From: Myxococcota bacterium
Lineage (GTDB): Bacteria > Myxococcota > XYA12-FULL-58-9 > JALHOP01
Assembly (NCBI GenBank): GCA_041288095.1
Contig: JBGGMJ010000170.1
Span: 1-16,072, forward strand
DNA: 16,072 nucleotides
Direction of reading: 5' to 3'
Shown: piece after piece, positions 1-7,665 of the stretch
How the letters are laid out: each line of letters opens with the position of its first letter
Position numbering within the stretch: position 1 is the first letter of the stretch
Made by a program: the position numbers and the translations under genes
The notes under the pieces: generated by a model
What the model was told of the DNA's origin: nothing
Database searches by the model: none
Seen by the model: only the letters and a program-made list of their open reading frames with translations

Positions 1-1
1 C

Positions 2-943
2 GAACTGGCCAAGACGATCGAGACCTCCGACGAATGGATCCAGCAGCGCACCGGCATCCAAGAGCGCCGCCACGTCGATTTCGAGAAGGAACCGATGGGC
101 TCCTCCGACCTCGCGGTGCGCGCCGCCAAGAACGCTTTAGCGGACGCCGGCTGTCCGGCCACGGATATCGATTTCATCATCTATGCGACCCTGAGCCCCG
201 ACAGAAACTTTCCTGGTGACGGCGTCCTCGTAGGCGCCAAGCTCGACATCCCCGGCGTACCCGCGCTCGACATACGCAATCAGTGCTCGGGGTTTCTCTA
301 CGGGTTGCAAGTGGCCGACGCCTTCATCAAGGCCGGGATGTACAAGCGCATCCTGCTGATCGGCAGCGAGGTCCACTCGACGGGTCTCGACTTCACCGAT
401 CGCGGCCGCGACGTCGCGGTGATCTTCGGTGACGGCGCAGGCGCCGCCGTGCTCGGCCCCAGCAGCGACGAGGGCCAAGGCATCCTCTCGATTGCTCTCC
501 ACGCCGACGGACGCTTCGCCGACGAGCTACAGCTCGCCTACCCGTCGAGCGCCGTCATGCCGCGCATCACGGAAGCCGACATCCGCGCCGGCAAACACTA
601 CCCGCGGATGAACGGTAAGAACGTGTTCAAGCACGCGGTCGCGCGCATGCCCGAGGTGGTCGGCGAGGTGCTCGCGGCCAGCGGGTTCACGGCCCAGGAC
701 CTCGACATGTTGATCCCGCACCAGGCGAACCTGCGGATCAGCGAGATGGTCCAGAAGCGGCTCGAGCTGCCCGATCACAAGGTGTTCAACAACATCCAGA
801 AGTACGGCAACACCACCGCGGCCTCGATCCCGCTCGCCCTCGACGAAGCGGTCCGCCAAGGCAAGGTGAAGCGCGGCGACCTCGTGTGCCTCGCCGCGTT
901 CGGGGCCGGCTTTACGTGGGGCGGCGCGCTTCTGCGTTACTAA
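2..943 (+). CDS. fabH: 3-oxoacyl-ACP synthase III (beta-ketoacyl-ACP synthase III), 5' end outside the window
   Basis: The frame is open from base 2 (ELAKTIETSDEWIQQRTGIQERR, the typical FabH N-terminal motif), so the ORF-track Met at 95 is internal. Catalytic motifs: NQCSGF (Cys), IPHQAN (His), YGNTTAAS (Asn); C-terminal FGAGFTWG. Confidence 0.95.
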   Translation, partial: ELAKTIETSDEWIQQRTGIQERRHVDFEKEPMGSSDLAVRAAKNALADAGCPATDIDFIIYATLSPDRNFPGDGVLVGAKLDIPGVPALDIRNQCSGFLYGLQVADAFIKAGMYKRILLIGSEVHSTGLDFTDRGRDVAVIFGDGAGAAVLGPSSDEGQGILSIALHADGRFADELQLAYPSSAVMPRITEADIRAGKHYPRMNGKNVFKHAVARMPEVVGEVLAASGFTAQDLDMLIPHQANLRISEMVQKRLELPDHKVFNNIQKYGNTTAASIPLALDEAVRQGKVKRGDLVCLAAFGAGFTWGGALLRY

Positions 944-965
944 CAGGACCTAAAAAAAGCACGGG

Positions 966-1268
966 CTACTGGAGCAGCTGGTCCGCGGGATTGGGGCCCG
1001 AAAGCTCGATTGGCCCGAAGCGGTCCTCGTAGCGACGGATGTTCTCCTGCAGCGCGTGCAGGAGGCGTTTGGTGTGCCGGGCGCTCGAAATGATGCGGGC
1101 GCGTACTTTTGCCTTGGGCTGCTGCGGCTGTAAGTACATGACGTCAATCGTGAACTCGTTTTCGGTGTGGTTCACGAGGGCGAGATTCACATACAAGCCC
1201 TGAGCGACGTCATCGTCGAGCTGAATCTGGATTTGCACGTGCTTGCCGCGATTTGCCTCGTCACTCAT
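966..1268 (-). CDS. DUF3467-like small conserved protein (100 aa)
   Basis: ATG at 1268 preceded by GGAGG on the minus strand. The pattern GLYVNLALVNHTENEFTIDVMY...ARIISSARHTKRLLHALQENIRRYEDRFGPI matches DUF3467 as I recall it. Confidence 0.85.
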   Translation of the reverse strand: MSDEANRGKHVQIQIQLDDDVAQGLYVNLALVNHTENEFTIDVMYLQPQQPKAKVRARIISSARHTKRLLHALQENIRRYEDRFGPIELSGPNPADQLLQ

Positions 1269-1304
1269 GGCTTGAAAGCCTCCAGGCGGGGCGCCTCGCA
1301 TACT

Positions 1305-1333
1305 TTGGCCGTGGGAGCAAAGCCCAGTATAAT
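1305..1333 (+). promoter_or_regulatory. Putative sigma70-type promoter for the large lipoprotein gene
   Basis: TTGGCC (1305-1310), 17-bp spacer, perfect TATAAT (1328-1333) in an AT-rich intergenic patch; SD-like TAAGGTGG at 1348-1355 precedes GTG 1362. Confidence 0.65.
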
Positions 1334-1361
1334 TTCTGGAACGCTAATAAGGTGGTCCTGG

Positions 1362-4300
1362 GTGCGCCGATATGTCCTTGCGGCCGTCGTCTTAACGCTC
1401 TTCGCCGCATCGACGGCCTGCAAGGACGATCCCGCCCCCACGGAGATCGACGTCGAGATCTTTTCGTCGGTGGCCCACCTCGACCGCATCCACCTCATGG
1501 TGCGCGATCAGTCGATTGACCGCGATCGCGGATACACTTGGGCGGAGCTCGACGTCGCGAATGTCGGCGACCGCGACCTGACGATCACTCCCGCGCTGGT
1601 GCGGTTGACCCAGAGCGAAGCGCTCCGCGGCAAGCCCTTTCTCCTCTACGCCACGGGCTTCGTGGCCGACGCGACCAGCGGCACGCAGCGGCTCACCGTT
1701 GCCGGCGCCATCACCATGCAGTACGCCGAGAATCAGCGCCTGGTGAAGCGCGTCCGCTTGAACGGAGACTTCCTCGCCACCGACCGCGACGACGACGGTT
1801 TTCGCGCCTGCGGCAGCTTCACGCCGCCGACCGATCCGGCCGAGCAGAACGTGCTCGACGACGCGAAGAACTGCGACTGCAACGACAACAACAACCTCAT
1901 CAACGGCTTCAACGCCGAGATCTGCGGTGACAACGCCGACAACAACTGCACCGGCTGGCCCTACGACGAGAACTGCGCCGACTGCGTCGAAGACCAACCG
2001 TGCACCAGTCTGCCGCCCGAGCAGTGGCTGCTCGCGGGCGTCGGCGCCTGCACGCTCGGCGTTTACCGCTGCGTGTCGACGGTGGTCGATGGGCTGACCG
2101 TCCGACGTCTCAACAACACCTGCGAAGGCGCACAGGGGCCGACCACCGAAGTCGTCGATGGCCGCGACAACGATTGCGACGGCGTCGCCGACGAGCTGAC
2201 GCCTTGCTTCGGTGGCACGCCGCCACGTGCTTGCTTCATGGGCTTCATCGAGACGGAAGCCTCGACGCGCGCCAAGGGCGAGTGCCGCGTCGGCGAGCAG
2301 CGTTGCACCGACGGCGTCTGGGAAAACCAGTGCCGCAACGAGGTGCGGCCGCAGCGCCCACCGCGTGACACGCTCGAGCAGGACAACGCCTTGCCGATAG
2401 CGTGGAGCGGCATCGGCTTCTTCGAGCTCGCCATCCCCAGCCGTGGCGTCCAGCAGTGCGACGGCCGCGATAACGACTGCGACGGTTTCTACGACGAAGA
2501 GCCGACCTTCGACTTCGACAACGACGGCTACACCTACTGTGGCACCAACGACGCTCCGCCGACGTTGCCGCGCCAGCACACGGCGCCGGGCACCGCGCCG
2601 ATCAACATCGACTGTGCTGACAACAACGCGGCAATTCATCCCAACGCCGATGAGCGTTGCGACGACAACATCGACAACGATTGCTCCTGCGATCACGGCA
2701 GCGCCATCAGCGGCACCGGCGGCGTCGTCAGCGGCGTCGACTGCTTCAACCCCGATACGTATCTCGACTGCTCGCGTACCGAGCGCGTCAGCACGCCTTC
2801 GGGCACGTGCGACGAGACTACCGGCGGCGTGTTTTACGCACGTTACGGAAATTTGGAGGCCGATCCGCAGCGCCGCTTCGGCTGCTTTCCGTGTCGCGCT
2901 TCTTATGGCCTCACCTGCGGCGCTGACGGAGCCAGTTGCTCGGCGAAGAGCGAGGCGTGCTGCGTCGCGGGTGCATGTCCTCTCCCGGACACCTTGACCA
3001 GCGCCGGCGGCGGTGGCCGGGGCTCACCTGTCTTCCGTCCGTTCTGCGCCGAGCCTGACGCAGGGTCGTGCACCTGCACGGTGGGGCCGTCGTGGCACGG
3101 CGCCGCGGCCAACACCGAGCCCAACAACGGTGGCGTGCTCCTCGATGATCGCGACGATTGTGGCGCCATCGACTGCACTCCGTACTTCTTCGGCGTCGAT
3201 CCCGCTGATGGCCGCTGTTACACGCGCGCCGACATCCCGTCCGCTGAAGCGTTCTGTCTGGGCAAGCCCCTCTGCGCCCCCGCGGTCGTGAACCCTGACT
3301 GCTGCACCGGCGAGACCGGTCAGAACTGCTGTCAGACGCCGCCGGATCGTTGCCCCTCCCGCGACGTCCGTGGCCCCGAGCACGCGGCGGGCCGCACCAC
3401 CTGCATGCAGGTCACGCCGGGGACCTGCCAGAACCAAGCAGTGCCCACGTACCAGCCCGTTCCCGCGAACACCGATCCATTCAACGATTGCGCCGGCGGC
3501 CTGAATTGCAACGGCTCGGGTGCTTGTTACCTGCCGCAGGGCGACACGTGCTCCGGCGCGGGTCAGTGCAACACCGGCCTCACCTGCGTCGACAACCGTT
3601 GCTGCGGCTCGAGCGCCTGCGGCGAGTGCCAGGCCTGCAACATCGCCGGCTCCGAGGGCACCTGTGCCGCGCACAGCAACGAGGATGACCCCGGCACCTG
3701 CGACAGCGACTGCACCGTCTGCGCATCGGGCACCTGCGCGACGCGCGGCAACGGCGACACCACCGAATGCGGCAACTGCGCCACCTGCCAAGGCGGCACC
3801 GGCGCGTGTGTCGGCATCACCGCGGCCGAGGGCAAGGGCTGCAACGACGATTGCACCAGCTGCAGCTCGGGCTCCTGCGTCAATCGCGGCGGCGGCGACA
3901 CCACCGAGTGCAATAGCTGCCAGCAGTGCAACGCACCTGGCGGCAACTGCGTTGGCATCACCGCGGCCGAGGGCAAGAACTGCAACGATGCCTGTTCGTC
4001 GTGCAGCAGCGGCACGTGCACGCCCCGCGGCGCCGGCGAGACCGCCGAGTGCGGCACCTGCCAGGCGTGCAATGTCGCGGGGGGCGATTGCGTCGGGGTC
4101 ACCGCCGACGACGGCAACAACTGCAACTCCGACTGCAACTTCTGCAACGCTGGTTCGTGCTCGCTGCGAGGAGCGGACACGGGAACGGAATGCCCGGCTT
4201 GCCAGCGCTGCGACGGCGGGTCCACCTCGTGTCAGAGCGTTACCGCGTCGGAGGGGCCGGGTTGCAGCGGACAGTGCACGTTCTGCAATGGCGGGTCGTG

Positions 4301-4877
4301 CCAGGGACGCGGCGTCGGCGACTTCGTGGAGTGTACCAGCGAGTGCACTGCGTGCAGCGGACCTGGCGGGTCTTGTGTCGCGAGCACCGGGACGGGCGGG
4401 CCGATGTGCGCCGGCGGTGGCTCGTTCTGCTGCAATGGTAATTGCGAGTCACCCGGTGCCGAGCTGGGTGCGGGGTGCGGCACCGGCGAGTGCACCGGAG
4501 CGTGGCAGTGCTCGGGCACTACCGCCATTTGCTCGTCGATGGGCAATGACTGCGACACCTGCAGCGGCGACACAGAACAAGATCGTCTTTGCGACGGCTC
4601 GGGTACGTGCGGCGGTGTTATCAGCTCGACCGGTTGCCCCACATGCCAGACCTGTCAGAGCAGTGGCGGCAACACGTTCTGCTCGCCGATTGGCTTCAAC
4701 ACCGACGACAACACCAGTCCCGGGTTCTGCAGCGGCACCGAGACTTGCGACGGCGGCGGCAATTGCCTGTCGGTGAACGGTGAAAACTGCTCGCAGAACT
4801 CTGATTGCTTGAGCGGCTGCTGCGACAACGAGGGCAGCTTCCCCTGCGACCAAGGCGGCGGTTCGACGTGTCGCTAG
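1362..4877 (+). CDS. Large cysteine-rich surface lipoprotein (1171 aa) with MopE-like putative metal-binding motifs and tandem Cys-rich repeats
   Basis: GTG 1362 gives MRRYVLAAVVLTLFAASTA-C20 (signal peptide II-like). Motifs DCNDNNNLINGFNAEICGDNADNNC, DGRDNDCDGVADE, CDGRDNDCDGFYDE and DCADNNAAIHPNADERCDDNIDNDC resemble the Cu-binding_MopE putative metal-binding motif. The C-terminal half is Cys/Gly-rich. The ORF-track start at 1167 overlaps the opposite-strand gene and is unlikely. Confidence 0.88.
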   Translation: MRRYVLAAVVLTLFAASTACKDDPAPTEIDVEIFSSVAHLDRIHLMVRDQSIDRDRGYTWAELDVANVGDRDLTITPALVRLTQSEALRGKPFLLYATGFVADATSGTQRLTVAGAITMQYAENQRLVKRVRLNGDFLATDRDDDGFRACGSFTPPTDPAEQNVLDDAKNCDCNDNNNLINGFNAEICGDNADNNCTGWPYDENCADCVEDQPCTSLPPEQWLLAGVGACTLGVYRCVSTVVDGLTVRRLNNTCEGAQGPTTEVVDGRDNDCDGVADELTPCFGGTPPRACFMGFIETEASTRAKGECRVGEQRCTDGVWENQCRNEVRPQRPPRDTLEQDNALPIAWSGIGFFELAIPSRGVQQCDGRDNDCDGFYDEEPTFDFDNDGYTYCGTNDAPPTLPRQHTAPGTAPINIDCADNNAAIHPNADERCDDNIDNDCSCDHGSAISGTGGVVSGVDCFNPDTYLDCSRTERVSTPSGTCDETTGGVFYARYGNLEADPQRRFGCFPCRASYGLTCGADGASCSAKSEACCVAGACPLPDTLTSAGGGGRGSPVFRPFCAEPDAGSCTCTVGPSWHGAAANTEPNNGGVLLDDRDDCGAIDCTPYFFGVDPADGRCYTRADIPSAEAFCLGKPLCAPAVVNPDCCTGETGQNCCQTPPDRCPSRDVRGPEHAAGRTTCMQVTPGTCQNQAVPTYQPVPANTDPFNDCAGGLNCNGSGACYLPQGDTCSGAGQCNTGLTCVDNRCCGSSACGECQACNIAGSEGTCAAHSNEDDPGTCDSDCTVCASGTCATRGNGDTTECGNCATCQGGTGACVGITAAEGKGCNDDCTSCSSGSCVNRGGGDTTECNSCQQCNAPGGNCVGITAAEGKNCNDACSSCSSGTCTPRGAGETAECGTCQACNVAGGDCVGVTADDGNNCNSDCNFCNAGSCSLRGADTGTECPACQRCDGGSTSCQSVTASEGPGCSGQCTFCNGGSCQGRGVGDFVECTSECTACSGPGGSCVASTGTGGPMCAGGGSFCCNGNCESPGAELGAGCGTGECTGAWQCSGTTAICSSMGNDCDTCSGDTEQDRLCDGSGTCGGVISSTGCPTCQTCQSSGGNTFCSPIGFNTDDNTSPGFCSGTETCDGGGNCLSVNGENCSQNSDCLSGCCDNEGSFPCDQGGGSTCR
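3618..4450 (+). repeat. Intragenic tandem repeat, 141-nt (47-aa) period, 8 Cys per unit
   Basis: The first Cys codon of each unit lies at 3618 (50-aa variant), 3768, 3909, 4050, 4191 and 4332 (degenerate). Consensus CxxCxxC-x6-C-x10-CxxxCxxC-x4-C-xxRG-x5-E. An identical 24-mer GGCATCACCGCGGCCGAGGGCAAG occurs at 3813-3836 and 3954-3977. Confidence 0.92.
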
Positions 4878-5347
4878 GCCGATGGTGCTGGGCCGGGTTG
4901 TCCGCAATCGCGATTAGCGCCTGCGCCTCCCAAGACGGTCCGCCGCCGCGAACCGGCGATTCCGCCCGCACCGAGACCCCGCGCGCGCCGAAGGCGCCAC
5001 CGCGCAAAGTCGCGTCTGTTACATCCCCACCATCCGCGAGTGACGCGGTCGCCGACCACAAGGCTCTCGCCGAAGCCCAAGAGCTCCTCAAGCAAGGCCT
5101 CGCCGCCTACCACGTCGGCGCCTACGACGAAGCCGAGAATCTGCTCAAGCGGTCAATCACCCTCTACCCCTTCCTCGCGCCCGCGAACCTCGCTCTCGGC
5201 AAGATCTTCCTCCTGAAAGGCGCGGCCAACCACGACGAAGCCCTCATTCAGAGCGCCCGCCTGATGTTCGACATGGCGCACCAAATCGACCCCTCACTGC
5301 GCGAGCCGCTCGTGCTCCTCGAGCTGTTCAAGCCCCGCGGAAACTAA
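4868..5347 (+). CDS. Tetratricopeptide-repeat lipoprotein (159 aa)
   Basis: GTG 4868 overlaps the upstream stop by 10 nt. Signal MSLGRWCWAGLSAIAISA-C, then a Pro-rich linker and TPR-like helices (LKQGLAAYHVGAYDEAENLLKRSITLYPFLAPANLALGKIFL; ARLMFDMAHQIDP). Confidence 0.82.
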   Translation: MSLGRWCWAGLSAIAISACASQDGPPPRTGDSARTETPRAPKAPPRKVASVTSPPSASDAVADHKALAEAQELLKQGLAAYHVGAYDEAENLLKRSITLYPFLAPANLALGKIFLLKGAANHDEALIQSARLMFDMAHQIDPSLREPLVLLELFKPRGN

Positions 5348-5370
5348 AATGGGGACACCAACCATTTTAG
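5344..5370. terminator. Inverted repeat spanning both stop codons of convergent genes; possible bidirectional terminator or REP-like element
   Basis: CTAAAATGG (5344-5352) is the exact reverse complement of CCATTTTAG (5362-5370), with GGACACCAA between them. Confidence 0.5.
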
Positions 5371-6236
5371 AAGCCGAGCGTGAACGCGAACGCCATCTTC
5401 CAGATGCCGTCGCGTGACAGCGACTGCTGATAGCCGGCGTTGATCGAGCCGCTGCCGACCAGCATGCCGACGCCGCCGCCGAGCACGCTCTCGTCGCCGT
5501 CTTGGCGGTCGTTATCGATGAACGGTTGGTGCGCGTAACCGATGCGCAGGGGAAAGCTGCCGCCGGCGATGTACTCGGCGCCGAGGCGATAAGCGTTCGC
5601 GCGCTTTTTGTCCTCGAGGTCCCAGTCCGCCTCAGCGGTCACCGTGAAGCTTTCGTCGACATAGGCGATGCCGGCGCCGATGTCGCGCCGCGTCAGCTCC
5701 GAGCGCTCGTCGCGGATGAGGTTGCGGGCCGAGGCGCCGAGCTGCAGGTGGTCGCTGATGCGCGCCAGCAAGCCCACGTCTCCCGCCCAGAGCTTGGGCT
5801 GGGTCTCGGGAGCGCCGCTCAAGGTGTAGCCGCCGAAGACGTGGCGGCCCGAGATGCCGACCGCGAGGCTCTCCGAGAGCTGGATGCCGAAGGCGACGCC
5901 CAAGCGGTGGAGACCAGCGTCGCGTGGACCCGACTTCGTATAGGTGTAGTTGACGCCGCCGGCGACCGGCCCGGTGTTAGAGTCGACGATCGAGAAGTTG
6001 AAGGCGTTCACGGCGTCGCGCTTCGCGTGCAGGTACTGCGCGTCGACCTCGTAACGCTTGCGCAGCGCAATACCGGCGGGGTTCCACTGCAAGGTCTCGT
6101 TGCTGCTGCCCAGGGCCCGCTGGGCGCCGCCCATGGCCATGCTGCGTGCGAGGGCCGGCTCATCGGTGATCTGGCCGAAAGCCGCGGCCGGCACCAACAG
6201 CACCGCGAGCGCGAGGGAAACGACCGTGAAACGCAT
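5367..6236 (-). CDS. Outer-membrane beta-barrel protein, FadL/PorV-like superfamily (289 aa)
   Basis: ATG 6236 gives the Sec signal MRFTVVSLALAVLLVPAAAFG. N-terminal plug motif ARSMAMGGA...WNPAG, alternating amphipathic strands (GGVNYTY, LGVAFG, AGDVGLLA, LRIGY) and C-terminal AFAFTLGF with terminal Phe (BAM signal). Confidence 0.82.
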   Translation of the reverse strand: MRFTVVSLALAVLLVPAAAFGQITDEPALARSMAMGGAQRALGSSNETLQWNPAGIALRKRYEVDAQYLHAKRDAVNAFNFSIVDSNTGPVAGGVNYTYTKSGPRDAGLHRLGVAFGIQLSESLAVGISGRHVFGGYTLSGAPETQPKLWAGDVGLLARISDHLQLGASARNLIRDERSELTRRDIGAGIAYVDESFTVTAEADWDLEDKKRANAYRLGAEYIAGGSFPLRIGYAHQPFIDNDRQDGDESVLGGGVGMLVGSGSINAGYQQSLSRDGIWKMAFAFTLGF

Positions 6237-6323
6237 GGTCGCCCTAGGGGCTAACACGGTCCGCGAGAGTCCCCAAAGATTCGGCATTGCCAAGGCCCGA
6301 AGCGCCGGTCTACGAGGGCTGCC

Positions 6324-7595
6324 GTGAACGCCTTCGACGTCTTGCAAGAGCGCGGCTTCGTCCAACAATGCACCGATGCCGAAGCGGTCCGCGCCATGTT
6401 CGCGGCCGGCCCGGTCACCGCGTACGTCGGCTACGACCCCACCGCTGACAGCCTGCATGTCGGTCACCTCTTCTCGCTGATGTCGCTCATGCACCTGGCG
6501 CGCACCGGGAACAAGCCAATCGTCCTCATGGGCGGCGGCACCGCCATGGTCGGAGACCCGTCGGGCAAGACCGAGATGCGGCAGATGCTCACGCGCGAGG
6601 CCATCCTCGGCAACATCGAGCGCATCAAAAAACAAGTCGCGAGGCTCTTCGGTGCCGGTGACGCCATCGTCGCGAACAACGACAGTTGGCTGCTCGAGCT
6701 GCGCTACGTCGACTTCTTGCGTGACATCGGCCGGCACTTCTCGGTCAACCGCATGCTGTCCGCCGAAGCGTACAAGATCCGCCTCGAGCGCGGCCTCTCG
6801 TTCATCGAGTTCAACTACCAGCTCTTGCAGGCCTACGACTTCCTCGAGCTGTGCAAACGCCACGACTGCACCCTGCAGATGGGCGGCGACGACCAGTGGA
6901 GCAACATCCTCGCCGGCGTCGATCTCTGCCGGCGCCTGCTGCAGAAGCAGGTCCAGGGGCTCACGAGCCCGTTGCTGATGACGGCGGCGGGCGAGAAGAT
7001 GGGCAAGACCGCGGCGGGCGCGGTGTGGCTCGACCCCGAGAAGGTCTCGCCCTACGACTACTACCAGTACTGGGTGAACACCGACGACCGCGACGTCGCG
7101 CGCATGCTCGGCTTCTTCACTTTCTTGCCGATGGACGAAGTTCGCGCCGTCGACGAGCTCGACGGCCGCGATCTGAACGCCGCCAAAGCCATTCTTGCCT
7201 TCGAGGCGACGTGCATCGTGCACGGCGACGCGGCCGCGACCACGGCTCACACGTCCGCTCAAGCGGCCTTCGGGGGGCGCGAGCTGCCCGCGAGCATCCT
7301 GCCGAGCTCGAAGGTGCCCCGCGTTGCGTCCGCGACGGCGGAGTCCATGCCCACCACCCACGTGACGGCCGCCGAGCTTGCCACCGGGCTTTCGCTCATC
7401 GATCTGCTCCGGCGCACCGAGATCGCGGATTCGAACGGCTCGGCCCGCCGGCTCATCCAGCAGGGAGGCGTCCGCCTCGGTGAAACCAAGATCGACGACG
7501 ACAAGAAGGTCGTCACCGCGGCCGATTTCGAGGGCGGCGTCATGCTCCTGAAGGCCGGAAAAAAGAAGATATTCCGCGTGGTTATGCAGGGCTAG
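6324..7595 (+). CDS. tyrS: Tyrosine--tRNA ligase
   Basis: YVGYDPTADSLHVGH (HIGH), GGGTAMVGDPSGK, YQLLQAYDF, QMGGDDQWSNI, KMGKT (KMSKS), and a C-terminal S4-like domain (SARRLIQQGGVRL...KAGKKK). Confidence 0.98.
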   Translation: MNAFDVLQERGFVQQCTDAEAVRAMFAAGPVTAYVGYDPTADSLHVGHLFSLMSLMHLARTGNKPIVLMGGGTAMVGDPSGKTEMRQMLTREAILGNIERIKKQVARLFGAGDAIVANNDSWLLELRYVDFLRDIGRHFSVNRMLSAEAYKIRLERGLSFIEFNYQLLQAYDFLELCKRHDCTLQMGGDDQWSNILAGVDLCRRLLQKQVQGLTSPLLMTAAGEKMGKTAAGAVWLDPEKVSPYDYYQYWVNTDDRDVARMLGFFTFLPMDEVRAVDELDGRDLNAAKAILAFEATCIVHGDAAATTAHTSAQAAFGGRELPASILPSSKVPRVASATAESMPTTHVTAAELATGLSLIDLLRRTEIADSNGSARRLIQQGGVRLGETKIDDDKKVVTAADFEGGVMLLKAGKKKIFRVVMQG

Positions 7596-7630
7596 CGGAC
7601 TCTCCGAAAAATCGCCCGGCTGCGCCTCAA

Positions 7631-7665
7631 CGTCATCTGACGAACTTGCCCGCGGCGGCTATACT
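7631..7665 (+). promoter_or_regulatory. Putative sigma70-type promoter with a palindrome overlapping the -35 box
   Basis: CTGACG (7637-7642), 17-bp spacer, TATACT (7660-7665). The inverted repeat CGTCA-TC-TGACG lies at 7631-7642. Confidence 0.5.

Noticed and set aside
944..965. Terminator between fabH and the DUF3467-like gene (A7 run)
   Set aside because: No convincing stem adjacent to the A/T tract.
1167..1361. Upstream start for the large lipoprotein
   Set aside because: Overlaps the DUF3467-like gene and the promoter; the SD and signal peptide fit GTG 1362.
3768..4331. CRISPR array or diversity-generating retroelement repeats
   Set aside because: The repeats are in-frame coding units without spacers, differences are not adenine-specific, and no cas or reverse transcriptase gene is present.
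3618..4450. Ferredoxin (CxxCxxC), radical SAM (CxxxCxxC) or multiheme cytochrome interpretation
   Set aside because: The protein is a Sec-type lipoprotein with no Tat signal, no CxxCH and no enzyme domain; the even Cys count per unit favours disulfides.
3520..4776. 418-aa Ala/Arg/Pro/Thr-rich alternative-frame ORF and other long shadow ORFs (1392-2696, 8311-9135, 10431-11450, 10919-12016)
   Set aside because: Low-complexity composition expected from frame-shifted or antisense reading of GC-rich genes; no motifs or start signals.
1362..6236. TraA/TraB kin-recognition locus
   Set aside because: No recognisable PA14-like domain or MYXO-CTERM tail; the barrel lacks TSP3/OmpA domains and is on the opposite strand.
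6237..7361. Long N-terminal extension of the barrel ORF (664-aa call) running antisense through tyrS
   Set aside because: It is the in-register antisense of tyrS codons, a common GC-rich artefact; the signal peptide starts at ATG 6236.
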